Below, one piece after another: positions 38,130 through 48,036 of a DNA stretch of 64,000 nt; the stretch's first letter is position 1, and the number at the start of each line of letters is the position of its first letter. The notes beneath the pieces were generated by a model that was not told the DNA's origin, searched no databases, and was given only the letters and a program-made list of their open reading frames with translations. Both the position numbers and the translations under genes were made by a program. Origin of the DNA: Candidatus Multivoradales bacterium (GTDB lineage Bacteria > Acidobacteriota > Thermoanaerobaculia > Multivoradales > JAHEKO01); assembly GCA_965248055.1 (NCBI GenBank), contig CBDFIJ010000004.1, positions 832,001 to 896,000 of the forward strand. Direction: 5' to 3'.

Positions 38130-40979
38130 ATGACCACTGAAAGCCGAGCTATTCCCACCGAGGCCAACGAGGCCAAACTGTCGATTCCTAAGGCTGTTAC
38201 ACCGCTTCCTGAACCAACTCGACGTGGAAGCTCGGCTCAGAGCCAGGGCAAGCCCGAGGCCAAGCCCAACGCAAAGCAAGGACTGCGTTTTGAGCACCTC
38301 TTCTCCACTCCAGATACCGATCCGTTCGACCTGGTTAGCTGGGAGAAGCGCGATGCGGTGATCAGCGGTGAGGCTGGCCAAGTGGTGTTTGAGCAAAGGG
38401 GCGTTGAGATTCCGACATTTTGGTCGCAGACGGCAACCAACGTGGTGACCAACAAGTATTTTCGCGGCCAGATGGACACACCCGAGCGTGAATCGAGCGT
38501 GCGCCAACTGATTGGCCGGGTGGTCGACACCATTCATGGCTGGGGCAAGAAGGACGGCTATTTCGCTAGCAATGAAGATGGCAACACCTTCGCCGCCGAA
38601 CTCAAGCACCTGTTGTTGCACCAGATGGCTTGTTTTAACTCTCCGGTGTGGTTCAACGTCGGCACCGAGCCCCATCCACAGTGCTCAGCCTGTTTTATCA
38701 ATTCTGTGAATGACGATCTGGAATCGATCTTTGGCCTGGCCAAGACCGAGGGCATGCTTTTCAAGTACGGCTCGGGGGCGGGATCGAACTTGTCCTCGCT
38801 GCGTTCTTCCAAAGAACCTCTGTCGGGAGGCGGTACTTCCTCAGGGCCGGTGTCTTTCATGCGCGGCTACGACGCTTTTGCCGGGGTGGTCAAGAGCGGT
38901 GGCAAAACCCGACGCGCAGCCAAGATGGTGATCCTGAACGCCGATCATCCGGATGTTGAAGAGTTCATCACTTGTAAAGAGATCGAAGAAAAGAAAGCCC
39001 AGGCTTTGATTGACGCCGGCTATGACGGCGGCTTTAACGTGCCGGGAGGTGCCTACGATTCGGTCGCCTACCAAAACGCCAACCACTCGGTACGCGCTCA
39101 GGACAGCTTCATGGAGGCAGTTGAGAACGATCAACCGTGGACCACTCACGCGGTCACCGACGGAGGCACTATCGAAGAACTGTCAGCCAAAGAGTTGATG
39201 GACAAGATCGCCCAGGGGACCTGGGTCTGTGGTGACCCGGGCTTGCAGTTTGATACCACCATCAACGACTGGCATACCTGCCCTGAATCGGCTCCGATCA
39301 ACGCCAGTAACCCGTGTTCCGAGTACATGTTCGTTGATGATTCAGCCTGCAATTTGGCATCGATGAATCTGTTGCGTTTCTGGGACGACAAAAACGGATT
39401 CGATGCCACTGGATTTCGCCACGCCTGCGAGGTAGTGATCACCGCGCAGGAAATTCTGGTTGACAACGCCAGTTACCCGACCCCGGCGATCGCAGAAAAC
39501 TCAAGGGCCTTCCGACCGCTGGGAATCGGCTACGCCAACCTCGGCGCGCTGTTGATGGCTAACGGCCTGCCCTACGACTCGGATATCGGTCGCAACTACT
39601 CGGCGACCCTGACCGCGCTGCAGTCAGGGGCTTGCTACACTCAGTCGGCGCGAATCGCAGAAACCCGCGGTGCCTTTGAAGCGTTCGAGATCAACCGTGA
39701 ACCGATGCTGCGTGTGATTGGCAAACACGCTGCGGCGGTCGAAGACATCGACGCCCAAGACCTGCCGTCTGACTTGGTGCAAGCCGCCCGTTCTAGCTGG
39801 AGTGACGCGCTGCAACTCGGCGCTGCGTCGGGTTTCCGTAACAGTCAAATTTCCGCCATTGCCCCCACCGGCACCATCGCCTTCATGATGGACTGCGATA
39901 CCACCGGTATCGAACCGGATATCGCCTTGGTCAAATACAAGAAGCTGGTAGGTGGCGGACTGATCAAGATCGTCAACCAAACGGTGCCGCAAGCTCTCTC
40001 TCGCCTGGGTTACGACGAACCGCAGCGCGAGCAGATCCTGCAGTGGGTCGAAGAACACGACACCATCGAGGGCGCACCACACTTGGCTGACGAGCACCTG
40101 GCGGTGTTTGATTGCGCTTTCAAGGCCACCAACGGCAGCCGCAGCATTCACTACTCGGGTCACCTCAAAATGATGGCTGCCGCGCAACCGTTCATTTCGG
40201 GTGCCATCAGCAAGACCATCAACATGCCCGAAGAGGCAACGGTGGAAGAGATCCGCGAGGCCTACATGGAGAGCTGGCGGCTGGGGCTCAAGTCAGTGGC
40301 GATCTATCGTGACGGCTCCAAGCGCACGCAACCGCTGTCGACCTCGCTCGACCAAGAATCGGAAGAGACCGCGGTTGCCAACGGCCCCGCCCGGCGCAAA
40401 CTGCCCGACGAGCGACAGGCGATCACCCATAAATTTGCAGTGGCTGGCCACGAGGGGTACATCACGGTAGGGCTCTACGACGACGGTAAACCGGGAGAAT
40501 TGTTCCTGGTGATGGCCAAGGAAGGGTCAACCATTTCCGGCCTGATGGACGGACTGGCGACCTCAGTGTCGATTGCTCTGCAGTACGGAGTGCCGCTGGA
40601 GACCCTGATTCGCAAGTTCTCGCACACTCGTTTTGAGCCCTCAGGATTCACCGGTAACCGCGAGATTCCGATGGCTAAGTCGATTACCGACTATGTCTTT
40701 CGCTGGTTGGGGTCGAAGTTTCTGCCACGCGAGGAACAACAAGCTTTGGGCATTATCTTGCGCGATGAAGCGGGCAACCCCGAGTTGGTGGCACCAACTA
40801 TTTTGCTGGCGTCGGCCAGCGACCAACAACCGAACTCGACAGCGGCGAAGGCTTCCGGCTATTCCGTTTTCGTCAACCAGCAAGACGCACCAAGTTGTGC
40901 AGACTGCGGATCGATCATGGTGCGCAACGGTGCTTGCTACCAATGTTCCAATTGCGGAGCTTCCAGCGGCTGCGGTTGA
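38130..40979 (+). CDS. nrdJ: Vitamin B12-dependent (class II) ribonucleotide reductase with TSCPD domain and zinc ribbon
   Basis: FNSPVWFN, PQCSACFI, SNPCSEY, SACNLAS, IAPTGTI, YRDGSK; terminal CxxC..CxxCGxxSGC. Confidence 0.96.
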   Translation: MTTESRAIPTEANEAKLSIPKAVTPLPEPTRRGSSAQSQGKPEAKPNAKQGLRFEHLFSTPDTDPFDLVSWEKRDAVISGEAGQVVFEQRGVEIPTFWSQTATNVVTNKYFRGQMDTPERESSVRQLIGRVVDTIHGWGKKDGYFASNEDGNTFAAELKHLLLHQMACFNSPVWFNVGTEPHPQCSACFINSVNDDLESIFGLAKTEGMLFKYGSGAGSNLSSLRSSKEPLSGGGTSSGPVSFMRGYDAFAGVVKSGGKTRRAAKMVILNADHPDVEEFITCKEIEEKKAQALIDAGYDGGFNVPGGAYDSVAYQNANHSVRAQDSFMEAVENDQPWTTHAVTDGGTIEELSAKELMDKIAQGTWVCGDPGLQFDTTINDWHTCPESAPINASNPCSEYMFVDDSACNLASMNLLRFWDDKNGFDATGFRHACEVVITAQEILVDNASYPTPAIAENSRAFRPLGIGYANLGALLMANGLPYDSDIGRNYSATLTALQSGACYTQSARIAETRGAFEAFEINREPMLRVIGKHAAAVEDIDAQDLPSDLVQAARSSWSDALQLGAASGFRNSQISAIAPTGTIAFMMDCDTTGIEPDIALVKYKKLVGGGLIKIVNQTVPQALSRLGYDEPQREQILQWVEEHDTIEGAPHLADEHLAVFDCAFKATNGSRSIHYSGHLKMMAAAQPFISGAISKTINMPEEATVEEIREAYMESWRLGLKSVAIYRDGSKRTQPLSTSLDQESEETAVANGPARRKLPDERQAITHKFAVAGHEGYITVGLYDDGKPGELFLVMAKEGSTISGLMDGLATSVSIALQYGVPLETLIRKFSHTRFEPSGFTGNREIPMAKSITDYVFRWLGSKFLPREEQQALGIILRDEAGNPELVAPTILLASASDQQPNSTAAKASGYSVFVNQQDAPSCADCGSIMVRNGACYQCSNCGASSGCG

Positions 40980-41089
40980 ATCGGTCACAGAACAAGACAC
41001 CCGAGAAACTGCGGGCACAAGTCTTGCTCGACAACAGACTCAACGAGTGGCATCTTGACGCCATCGATCAACCCAAGGAGACCAGAACG

Positions 41090-41635
41090 ATGAAAACGCG
41101 CCTTGCTTTGCAGCTGTTGACCATCGCTTTGCTGGCTGGAGTTACCCTCTCCGGCTGTGCCTCAACCCGTCCTATCAGCGACCAGTTTGAAGACGGAACG
41201 ATCACCACCAAGGTGAAGTCCAAATTGGCGGGCGACCCAGATATCAATCCGTTCAACATTGACGTCGACACGTTAGACGGGGTGGTCACTTTGCGTGGCG
41301 AAGTAGAAAAGGAACGGGCTCGGGATGAGGCGCAACACCACGCAGAAAATACTCGCGGGGTAAAACAGGTGATCAACGAAATTCGTGTGGTGTCGGCCGC
41401 CTATGAAGACGACGAACGCTACTCGGATGTTTGGATCACCACCAAGATCACCACTAAGTACACCGCCGATCCGCAATTGAATCCTTTCAATATCGATGTC
41501 GACACGCAGGATGGTCACGTCACTTTGTCGGGTCGAGTGAAGACCGAGAACGCTCGCAACGAGGCCGAGAAACTGGCCAACGACACCGCCGGTGTGATGA
41601 GTGTCTCAAATCAACTGGAAGTCGAGGCACCGTAG
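41090..41635 (+). CDS. Dual BON-domain (OsmY-like) lipoprotein
   Basis: Lipobox LSGC; two DxxITTK..IDVDT..GxVTLxG repeats; RBS AAGGAG. Confidence 0.92.
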   Translation: MKTRLALQLLTIALLAGVTLSGCASTRPISDQFEDGTITTKVKSKLAGDPDINPFNIDVDTLDGVVTLRGEVEKERARDEAQHHAENTRGVKQVINEIRVVSAAYEDDERYSDVWITTKITTKYTADPQLNPFNIDVDTQDGHVTLSGRVKTENARNEAEKLANDTAGVMSVSNQLEVEAP

Positions 41636-41708
41636 CCTAAGCACCCTCGTTTTGCTACTCCAGATCCGCAACTTGGTTCGCTCACGAGTCCGCCACTGGC
41701 GCACCGGG

Positions 41709-42344
41709 GTGTCGAGGATCGAACAGTCGCGCGGTGAAGAGATCGCCAACAGCATCAGCCACGGCGTCGGCCTGGTGGCAGCGCTAGTCGGTACCGGCTT
41801 CTTGATCGCTGCCGCGGTACGACAGGGCCATCCGATGACCATCGCGGCGCTGGCCGTGTTTGCCACCGCGATGATCTTGGTTTACCTGACCTCAACCGTG
41901 TACCACGCCTTACCCCGCAATCGAGCCAAGGAAGTATTTCGGGTGCTGGATCACCTGGCGATCTATTTGTTGATCGCCGGCACCTATACCCCGTTTACTC
42001 TTCTCGTGATGCGTGGCACCTGGGGTTGGACCTTGCTGGGCTTGGCTTGGGGATTCGCCTTGGTCGGCGTCTTGTTCAAGCTCAGCGCGCGGTTTCGCTT
42101 TCCCATTCTTTCGACGGTGATCTATCTGGTGATGGGTTGGATGTCGGTGATCGCGATCCAACCACTGTGGGAAGTTATGTCGGCATGGGGTCTGTTCTGG
42201 TTGGCTGCCGGAGGCTTGGCGTACACCTTAGGCATTCCGTTTTTCGCCGCCAGTCGTCTTCGCTACGCCCATTTTGTCTGGCATTTATTCGTGCTGGTGG
42301 GCACCGGCTGTCACTTCGTGGCAGTCTGGCAGTCGGTTATCTAA
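41709..42344 (+). CDS. Hemolysin III / PAQR family membrane protein
   Basis: EEIANSISHG, STVYH, DHLAIYLLIAGTYTP, HFVWHLFV. Confidence 0.92.
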   Translation: MSRIEQSRGEEIANSISHGVGLVAALVGTGFLIAAAVRQGHPMTIAALAVFATAMILVYLTSTVYHALPRNRAKEVFRVLDHLAIYLLIAGTYTPFTLLVMRGTWGWTLLGLAWGFALVGVLFKLSARFRFPILSTVIYLVMGWMSVIAIQPLWEVMSAWGLFWLAAGGLAYTLGIPFFAASRLRYAHFVWHLFVLVGTGCHFVAVWQSVI

Positions 42345-42432
42345 CTCGATAGAACGCCGAGCCAGCTAGGCGTTGGCTTCTCCGTTCATACAGCCTTTGG
42401 TGGGGGCCGCCCCTTTAGTCTAGGCAGTTAGT

Positions 42433-42478
42433 CTGGCCATGCAGGCTGGCCATGCAGGCTGGCCGTGCAAACTGGCCG
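42433..42478 (+). repeat. 13-bp tandem repeat CTGGCCATGCAGG, about 3.5 copies
   Basis: Visible between convergent genes. Confidence 0.8.
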
Positions 42479-42483
42479 AATAT

Positions 42484-43443
42484 CTAGTCGCCGATCACTT
42501 CGGCGACCGGATGAGCCACGGTCTCGCGCCCAAGGGCGGATAGGATCGATCCGGCAACCACTAGCAGAGCACCCAGCCAAGCGATCGGTCCCAATTTCGA
42601 CCCCAGCTCGGCTTGGGGCCAAAAGAAGATTGCGGCGTAGACCACACCAACCGTGACTAGCGGGGTCAGGGAAATCACCGCGCTGACTCTCGAAACCTCC
42701 CAATGATCCAACGCTTCGGCAAAACAGCCATAGGCGGCCAAAGTATTGAACACACCGAAGGCCAAGAGTCCCCAGCCGAATCGATCCAGAGCTAAGACGC
42801 TGGAGACCTTAACCATCGGCAACAACAGGAGGCCTGACAGGGTGTAGATCAAAAGCAGAATGTTTTCAGAAGGCAGAACTTCCAATAACTTTTTTTGCGC
42901 CAGGGCATATGCCGCCCAGCAGATCGCCGCGACAACGAGTATCGCCACCCCTTTACCTTCGTTGCCGGACAGTGTCAGTAGCGCGGGAATGCGTTGATTG
43001 AAAAACAGCAGCAAGCCGACAACTAGCAGAGCAAACCCAACCCACTGCAGCACCGCGAACTTCTCGTGAAAAATCATCAGCCCACCGACCAAGAACAGCA
43101 GCGGTGCCAACTGAATCACCAACTGGGCGGTCGCCGGTGGAACATAGTTGAGAGCGGTGATGAAGATGACGTAGTTCCCCAGAAGGCCAAAGAGAGCGAC
43201 CACAAACAATCCCCATTCGCGACCACTTAAGCTAGTCAAAGACGGAAGCTGTCCCCTCCACGCCTGATACCCACCCAGCAACAACGCGGCCCCCGCCATG
43301 CGGAACCAGGTTACGGTGTACGGGTCCAAGCGGCGCAATAACAAAGTCAGTGCGACGGCGAGAAATCCCCAAAGCACAGCGGTGCACAAGGCCAGCCCGA
43401 AGCCCAGACGCGGATTACCAAGATGTGTGGCAGACATCGACAT
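42484..43443 (-). CDS. EamA/DMT family transporter
   Basis: About 10 TM helices in two EamA repeats. Confidence 0.9.
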   Translation of the reverse strand: MSMSATHLGNPRLGFGLALCTAVLWGFLAVALTLLLRRLDPYTVTWFRMAGAALLLGGYQAWRGQLPSLTSLSGREWGLFVVALFGLLGNYVIFITALNYVPPATAQLVIQLAPLLFLVGGLMIFHEKFAVLQWVGFALLVVGLLLFFNQRIPALLTLSGNEGKGVAILVVAAICWAAYALAQKKLLEVLPSENILLLIYTLSGLLLLPMVKVSSVLALDRFGWGLLAFGVFNTLAAYGCFAEALDHWEVSRVSAVISLTPLVTVGVVYAAIFFWPQAELGSKLGPIAWLGALLVVAGSILSALGRETVAHPVAEVIGD

Positions 43444-43519
43444 CCGGTGACTTTACGGCAAGTCGCCAGATGCCGATAGTGACAGGAGTTGCCAGAATCA
43501 GGTTGCCCCTCAAGCAGCG

Positions 43520-44333
43520 TTACCGTCGCCCCAGTGTGCGCGTGACTCCCAGGTGTATTCCGATATCAGGACTGTTGTCGAAATTTGCTACGTTCTCCGT
43601 AACCCCAATGAAAAGGACCTGAGAACCTAGGACGTGCTTGAACCCCAAAGTTACTTGTGTCGAAATCGCCGCCAGTTCTTCCAGCTTCAAGTCTGCAAAT
43701 GGGCTCTGCAACAGGGTGGCCTGAATCAGTACCGTACTCTTATCTCCCACAACTCGCTCAAAACCAATCATCCCTGAAGTTCGCACTTGATCATTCAGGC
43801 CGAGTTGCTCCATCTCGCCAAGCATCAATGCACCTATAGACAGGTGTAAGCATGACTTTCGGAAGTACTGCGTGGCCAAGAATTCCACACCGAAATCGAG
43901 CGATCCGGAACTGGTAAACGCACTCGACTCCCCGGTAGGCAGTTTGATTTTGCCGCCAATCGCCAACTCCAACGACTTCGACCTTCGGCGCGGGAACAAA
44001 TCCGTTTTCACGCCCAGGATAATGTCCCCTAGGGAAAGCGCCGGATCATCGCCGACAAAAAGCTCCTGTTCACCGGATTGAACAAATACCACGAACCCAT
44101 CTTGGTTGGCGCCCAATCGACCAGCTTGCCCAAGGCTGAAGAGCTCGTGAAACCCCTCGATCGTCGAGTCGAGGAAGCCACCTTGAAAGCTGATGGTATG
44201 AACCAATATCTCGACCTGGGTGCCATGACCAATTCCACGGCGTAGCGCTAGTGCAGCGCGATAATGCTCCCCGTCGACCAGAAATAGACCGCCACCAGGA
44301 TTTTCAGACTCGACTGCGCGCAGCCAGCTTTCA
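43520..44333 (-). pseudogene. DUF3187-like outer-membrane protein, 5'-truncated at the IS
   Basis: VDGE, GGFLDSTIEGFH, KLPTG..SGSLD, ENVANFDNSPD; no start or signal peptide outside the IS. Confidence 0.7.
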
Positions 44334-45118
44334 CTAGGGCGTGTTAACACTAGATATAGCATCGACAATGAGTGCGAAGTGTATAAAGAATGTGAAGATT
44401 ATGTCCAATTTGTCGAAGCGTGAGAATATCCGACGAAACCCCTTCAAGCGACGAAACAAGCGCTCGACTTCATTGCGCTTCTTGTACATTTCTCGGTCGT
44501 ATTGCCAAGGTTGTAATCGATTGCTTTTCGGCGCCACAACAGGTGTAAGACCAAGATCGAGCACGAGTTGGCGTGTTTCATTACCTTCATACGCTCGGTC
44601 CATAATCATGTATTTGGCCGATAGGGTTGTTTCTCTCAATAGTTTACGCCCCTCTGGCGCGTCAGCAGCATTGCCAGGAGACAGAGAAAAATTCACTGCG
44701 GTCCGAGCATCTGCGGCAACCATATGAATCTTTGTAGTCCATCCTCCCCGCGACTTGCCGATCGCCTGTGGACCGTTTTTTTTAGAGCGCCCGTTCCATC
44801 AGGGTGTACCTTAACCGCTGTGCTATCGAGTGAAACCGCCTCAACACGGACCTGAATGACTTGCTGGCGTTGCAGTTCACTAAACACTCGATCCAGCACG
44901 CCTTTCTTTGCCCAACGGTTCATACGCGTATAGACGGTATGCCAATTACCAAAACGCTTCGGCAGCCCGCGCCACTTACAGCCATGTTCTGCAACGTAAA
45001 GTATCGCGTTGAGCACCTGGAGGTTATCTAACGATACATTGCCACGCTGTCGTGGAAGGAAAGGCTCGATTCGGGCAAATTGTTCTATTGTTATTTTCAT
45101 CCACCGAGTATACATCAA
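44334..45118 (-). CDS. IS5-family transposase, orfA/orfB joined by a probable -1 frameshift at A8 (44776-44783)
   Basis: GCKWRGLPKRFGNWHTVY, SLDST, DRAY, YKKRNEVERLF..RFDK; stop codon lies in the CTAG target site. Confidence 0.92.
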
Positions 45119-45134
45119 CTAGTGTGAACACGCC
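44338..45134 (-). mobile_element. IS5-family insertion sequence (797 bp)
   Basis: 16-bp TIR GGCGTGTT[A/C]ACACTAG, flanked by CTAG at 44334-44337 and 45135-45138. Confidence 0.93.
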
Positions 45135-45314
45135 CTAGTTTCTGTTCGCCTTCGTTACCGGTGTCTTTGTTCGCCGCAGCGGCATCAACCGCCTGCTGAA
45201 ATTCGGCAAATGAGAGCGCATTGCTAGCGTGATAGATGTGCGCCTGCCCAAGCTTAGGGCGACTTCGATTACAATTCGAGCCTGATTTGCAGCAACGCAC
45301 AAGAGGAGTACCCC

Positions 45315-45911
45315 ATGCGATTCAAGATTATCAGCGCAGCCATATTGATTCTCACCCTCGGATTTGTTGGTGAGACTCTAGTCGCTCAAGACCTTCATCC
45401 CTCCCGGCGGCCAAGCCCCATGGGGATGTCTCGAATCACCGTCGGCGACACCTACATCCGCGTGGTCTACAGCCGTCCGTACAAGCGCGACCGCGACAAT
45501 ATCTTTGGCACCACCGAGTCCGAGGCCTTGGTGCCCTACGGCGAAGTCTGGCGCACAGGCGCCAACGAGGCCACTGAGATCACGGTGACCAACGACGTGA
45601 CGATCGGCGACCAGATCTTGGCAGCAGGAACCTATTCGATCTTCACCACTCCTAACGAGGAGAGCTGGACGGTTCATTTCAACAGCGCCCTCGGCTTGAC
45701 CGGTGCTGGTACCTTCGACCCTGAGAACGGCTTTACCCCGGTCGAACTGGGTTCAACTGAAGCGCTGGTCGTCACCGCCTCAGTCGGTACTCTGGAAGAA
45801 GAAGTCGATCAGCTGACCATCGCCATGGACGCTACCGATTCCGGTGCCGATATGTGCCTGCGGTGGATCATCACCGAAGTTTGCGTCCCGTTCACCGTCG
45901 CTAACGAGTAG
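45315..45911 (+). CDS. DUF2911 family secreted protein
   Basis: RPSP, YSRP..R.IFG, LVPYGEVWRTGANEAT, AGTYSIFT; RBS GAGGAG. Confidence 0.9.
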   Translation: MRFKIISAAILILTLGFVGETLVAQDLHPSRRPSPMGMSRITVGDTYIRVVYSRPYKRDRDNIFGTTESEALVPYGEVWRTGANEATEITVTNDVTIGDQILAAGTYSIFTTPNEESWTVHFNSALGLTGAGTFDPENGFTPVELGSTEALVVTASVGTLEEEVDQLTIAMDATDSGADMCLRWIITEVCVPFTVANE

Positions 45912-45935
45912 TCGTCCACCCTAGGTTGGCACTGT

Positions 45936-45963
45936 CGCGGCGAAGCCCCTGGGTTTCGCCGCG
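45936..45963 (+). terminator. GC-rich hairpin downstream of DUF2911 (no U-tract)
   Basis: CGCGGCGAAGCC-loop-GGTTTCGCCGCG. Confidence 0.45.
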
Positions 45964-46049
45964 CAAGGTCGGACCTTGCTGGTCTGCACATGCTGTGCTT
46001 GGCACATGCTGGCCCGGCATATAATTCGCAATGAGGTAGTCGGGGTTGG

Positions 46050-48032
46050 TTGCAGTCGAGGAAGGAGATGGAATTTCTTCCATCTGAACAGCCAGCGGGA
46101 AACTGGGCTCGCGATGACCGACTCTTACGATCGTTTGCGCTTCTCGATGAAGCGTCCCACTTCACCGAATCTAGCTATTCGACAATCAACTTGCGAGACA
46201 ACGTGCGCCAATCATTGAACGCCCATCCAACGGCAAACGGTAGCCGACTAGCCCCGATTCCACGCCAAACTTCTGGAGTCGATCGATCTCGCTCTGGGCA
46301 ACGGAATACGCCGGTATGGGTCGCACTGACCTTGGTGATCGGGGTGTTGACAATCGGAGCGTCGCTACCGCTTCGCGGTCAGGAAGCGTTGGGAAATGAG
46401 GCCGACGAAACCGTTTTTATCGAGACCACAAACGTCCGTGTGGTTAATGTGGATGTTTATGCAACAACTAGGGATGGTAGCCCGGTTACCGATCTCGAAG
46501 CAGAAGACTTCCACCTTGAGGAAGACGGTCGACCTGTCGCGTTGACCAACTTCTACAAAGTCGTGGACGGCATTCCGGTCAACCAGTTCATCGAAACCCC
46601 GACGGGCACGCAATCAGAAAACGTGCCCGCGATCCCCGAATCGCCTGGCCCTCCCACCGGCCAGCCGCCAGCACAGCAACCGGAAGTTCCAGAGACCCAA
46701 CGTCTTTGGTTGGTTGTCTATTTGGACAACCACAACATGAATCCAATCCATCGTACCCGCGTCCTGGCACAGCTCAATGAGTTCATTGACGCCAGTGTGC
46801 GCGGCGGCGATTACGGAATGTTGGTCAGTTACAACCAAACGCTCAAAGTACACCAACCGTTTACCGACAACTCGTCAGCGTTAATTCGAGCGGTGGGAGA
46901 CTTGGAGAAAGCGTCTGGGCGCCCCACATCTTTCGCCCGCGAGCGAATAGACCTTCTGCGCGATATCGAAGAAGCCGAAGTCCAGGGGGTTCTAGCTGGC
47001 CGGATTCGACAGTACGCGCAGTCTGTTGAGGTCGATCTGCGATTCACCTTGGAGTCGATGACCGATATGGTCCGTTCCTTGGCAGGGTTGCCTGGGCGCA
47101 AGGCAATGCTCCATGTCTCTGACGGCATGCCGATGACGCCAGGCAAGGATCTCTACTACGCACTGCGGAATAGATTTCAGGACGCTCCAGCGTTCGCTGG
47201 CGCCTCGGAATTCGACATGACTCGGCGACTTCGGCATTTGGAGCAATTGGCCAATTCGAACCGGGTGTCCTTTTTCACTCTCGATGCAACTGGACTGCAA
47301 ATGCCTTCCGGTTTCTCTGCGGAGAATCGGGGCGGCACCTTCGCCAATGACATGCGTAGTTCGGTCGACTCCTTGCATCAGGGCAACTACCAAGACTCGA
47401 TTCGCAGGATCGCGGTGCGCACCGGTGGTGTTCCGATTCTCAATACCAACAATGCAGCACCAGCCTTGCGTAAAGTCAGCAAGAGTCTACGCAGCTACTA
47501 TTCCCTCGGATACGCGCCCCTTCAGCAGGAGGACGGGCGTTACCATCACATCGAGCTCAAAGTTGACCGGCCTGGGGTGCAGATTCGTTACCGTGAGGGT
47601 TACCGTAGCAAAGACACAGCAACCCTGGTTGGCGAATCGCTACAGGCAGGAATGCGTTATGGCATTCAAACCAATCCACTCGCCGTTCGCGTCGAGATTG
47701 GAGAACCAGAGCCCTACGCGGACGGTTACCTGCTACTGCCGATGACCCTTCGCATTCCGATTGGCAAACTCCTTTTGGTACCACAAGGAGCGAAATATCG
47801 GGCTCAAGTGGATCTATTCTTCTCGGCGTTGTCTGACGAAGGAAAGGCAGCCGACCTGGTTCGGGACACCATCAACCTGGAGATCCCTCCGGAAGATCTC
47901 CAGGTCGCTCAGAACCAGATTTATCGCTTCGATACCAAACTGCAAATCAAGCCCGGCCCCCAAAGGGTTGGCATCGCAGTGCGCGATATCCTGGCCGACA
48001 AGACGTCGAAAATCGTCTACCCGCTTCACTAA
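46050..48032 (+). CDS. VWFA-related (acidobacterial-type) domain protein
   Basis: VVNVDV..PVTDL..DF.L.EDG, LPGRKA..VSDG, TGG, YYSLGY..DGRYH.I..YREGY. Start uncertain. Confidence 0.88.
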   Translation: MQSRKEMEFLPSEQPAGNWARDDRLLRSFALLDEASHFTESSYSTINLRDNVRQSLNAHPTANGSRLAPIPRQTSGVDRSRSGQRNTPVWVALTLVIGVLTIGASLPLRGQEALGNEADETVFIETTNVRVVNVDVYATTRDGSPVTDLEAEDFHLEEDGRPVALTNFYKVVDGIPVNQFIETPTGTQSENVPAIPESPGPPTGQPPAQQPEVPETQRLWLVVYLDNHNMNPIHRTRVLAQLNEFIDASVRGGDYGMLVSYNQTLKVHQPFTDNSSALIRAVGDLEKASGRPTSFARERIDLLRDIEEAEVQGVLAGRIRQYAQSVEVDLRFTLESMTDMVRSLAGLPGRKAMLHVSDGMPMTPGKDLYYALRNRFQDAPAFAGASEFDMTRRLRHLEQLANSNRVSFFTLDATGLQMPSGFSAENRGGTFANDMRSSVDSLHQGNYQDSIRRIAVRTGGVPILNTNNAAPALRKVSKSLRSYYSLGYAPLQQEDGRYHHIELKVDRPGVQIRYREGYRSKDTATLVGESLQAGMRYGIQTNPLAVRVEIGEPEPYADGYLLLPMTLRIPIGKLLLVPQGAKYRAQVDLFFSALSDEGKAADLVRDTINLEIPPEDLQVAQNQIYRFDTKLQIKPGPQRVGIAVRDILADKTSKIVYPLH

Positions 48033-48036
48033 TCCT

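Noticed and set aside
37610-38675. Long minus-strand ORFs (188 and 317 aa)
   Set aside because: Antisense shadows of nrdJ and repeat DNA with no recognisable motifs.
41709-42344. Hemolysin virulence factor
   Set aside because: Hemolysin III/PAQR proteins are widespread membrane-homeostasis proteins.
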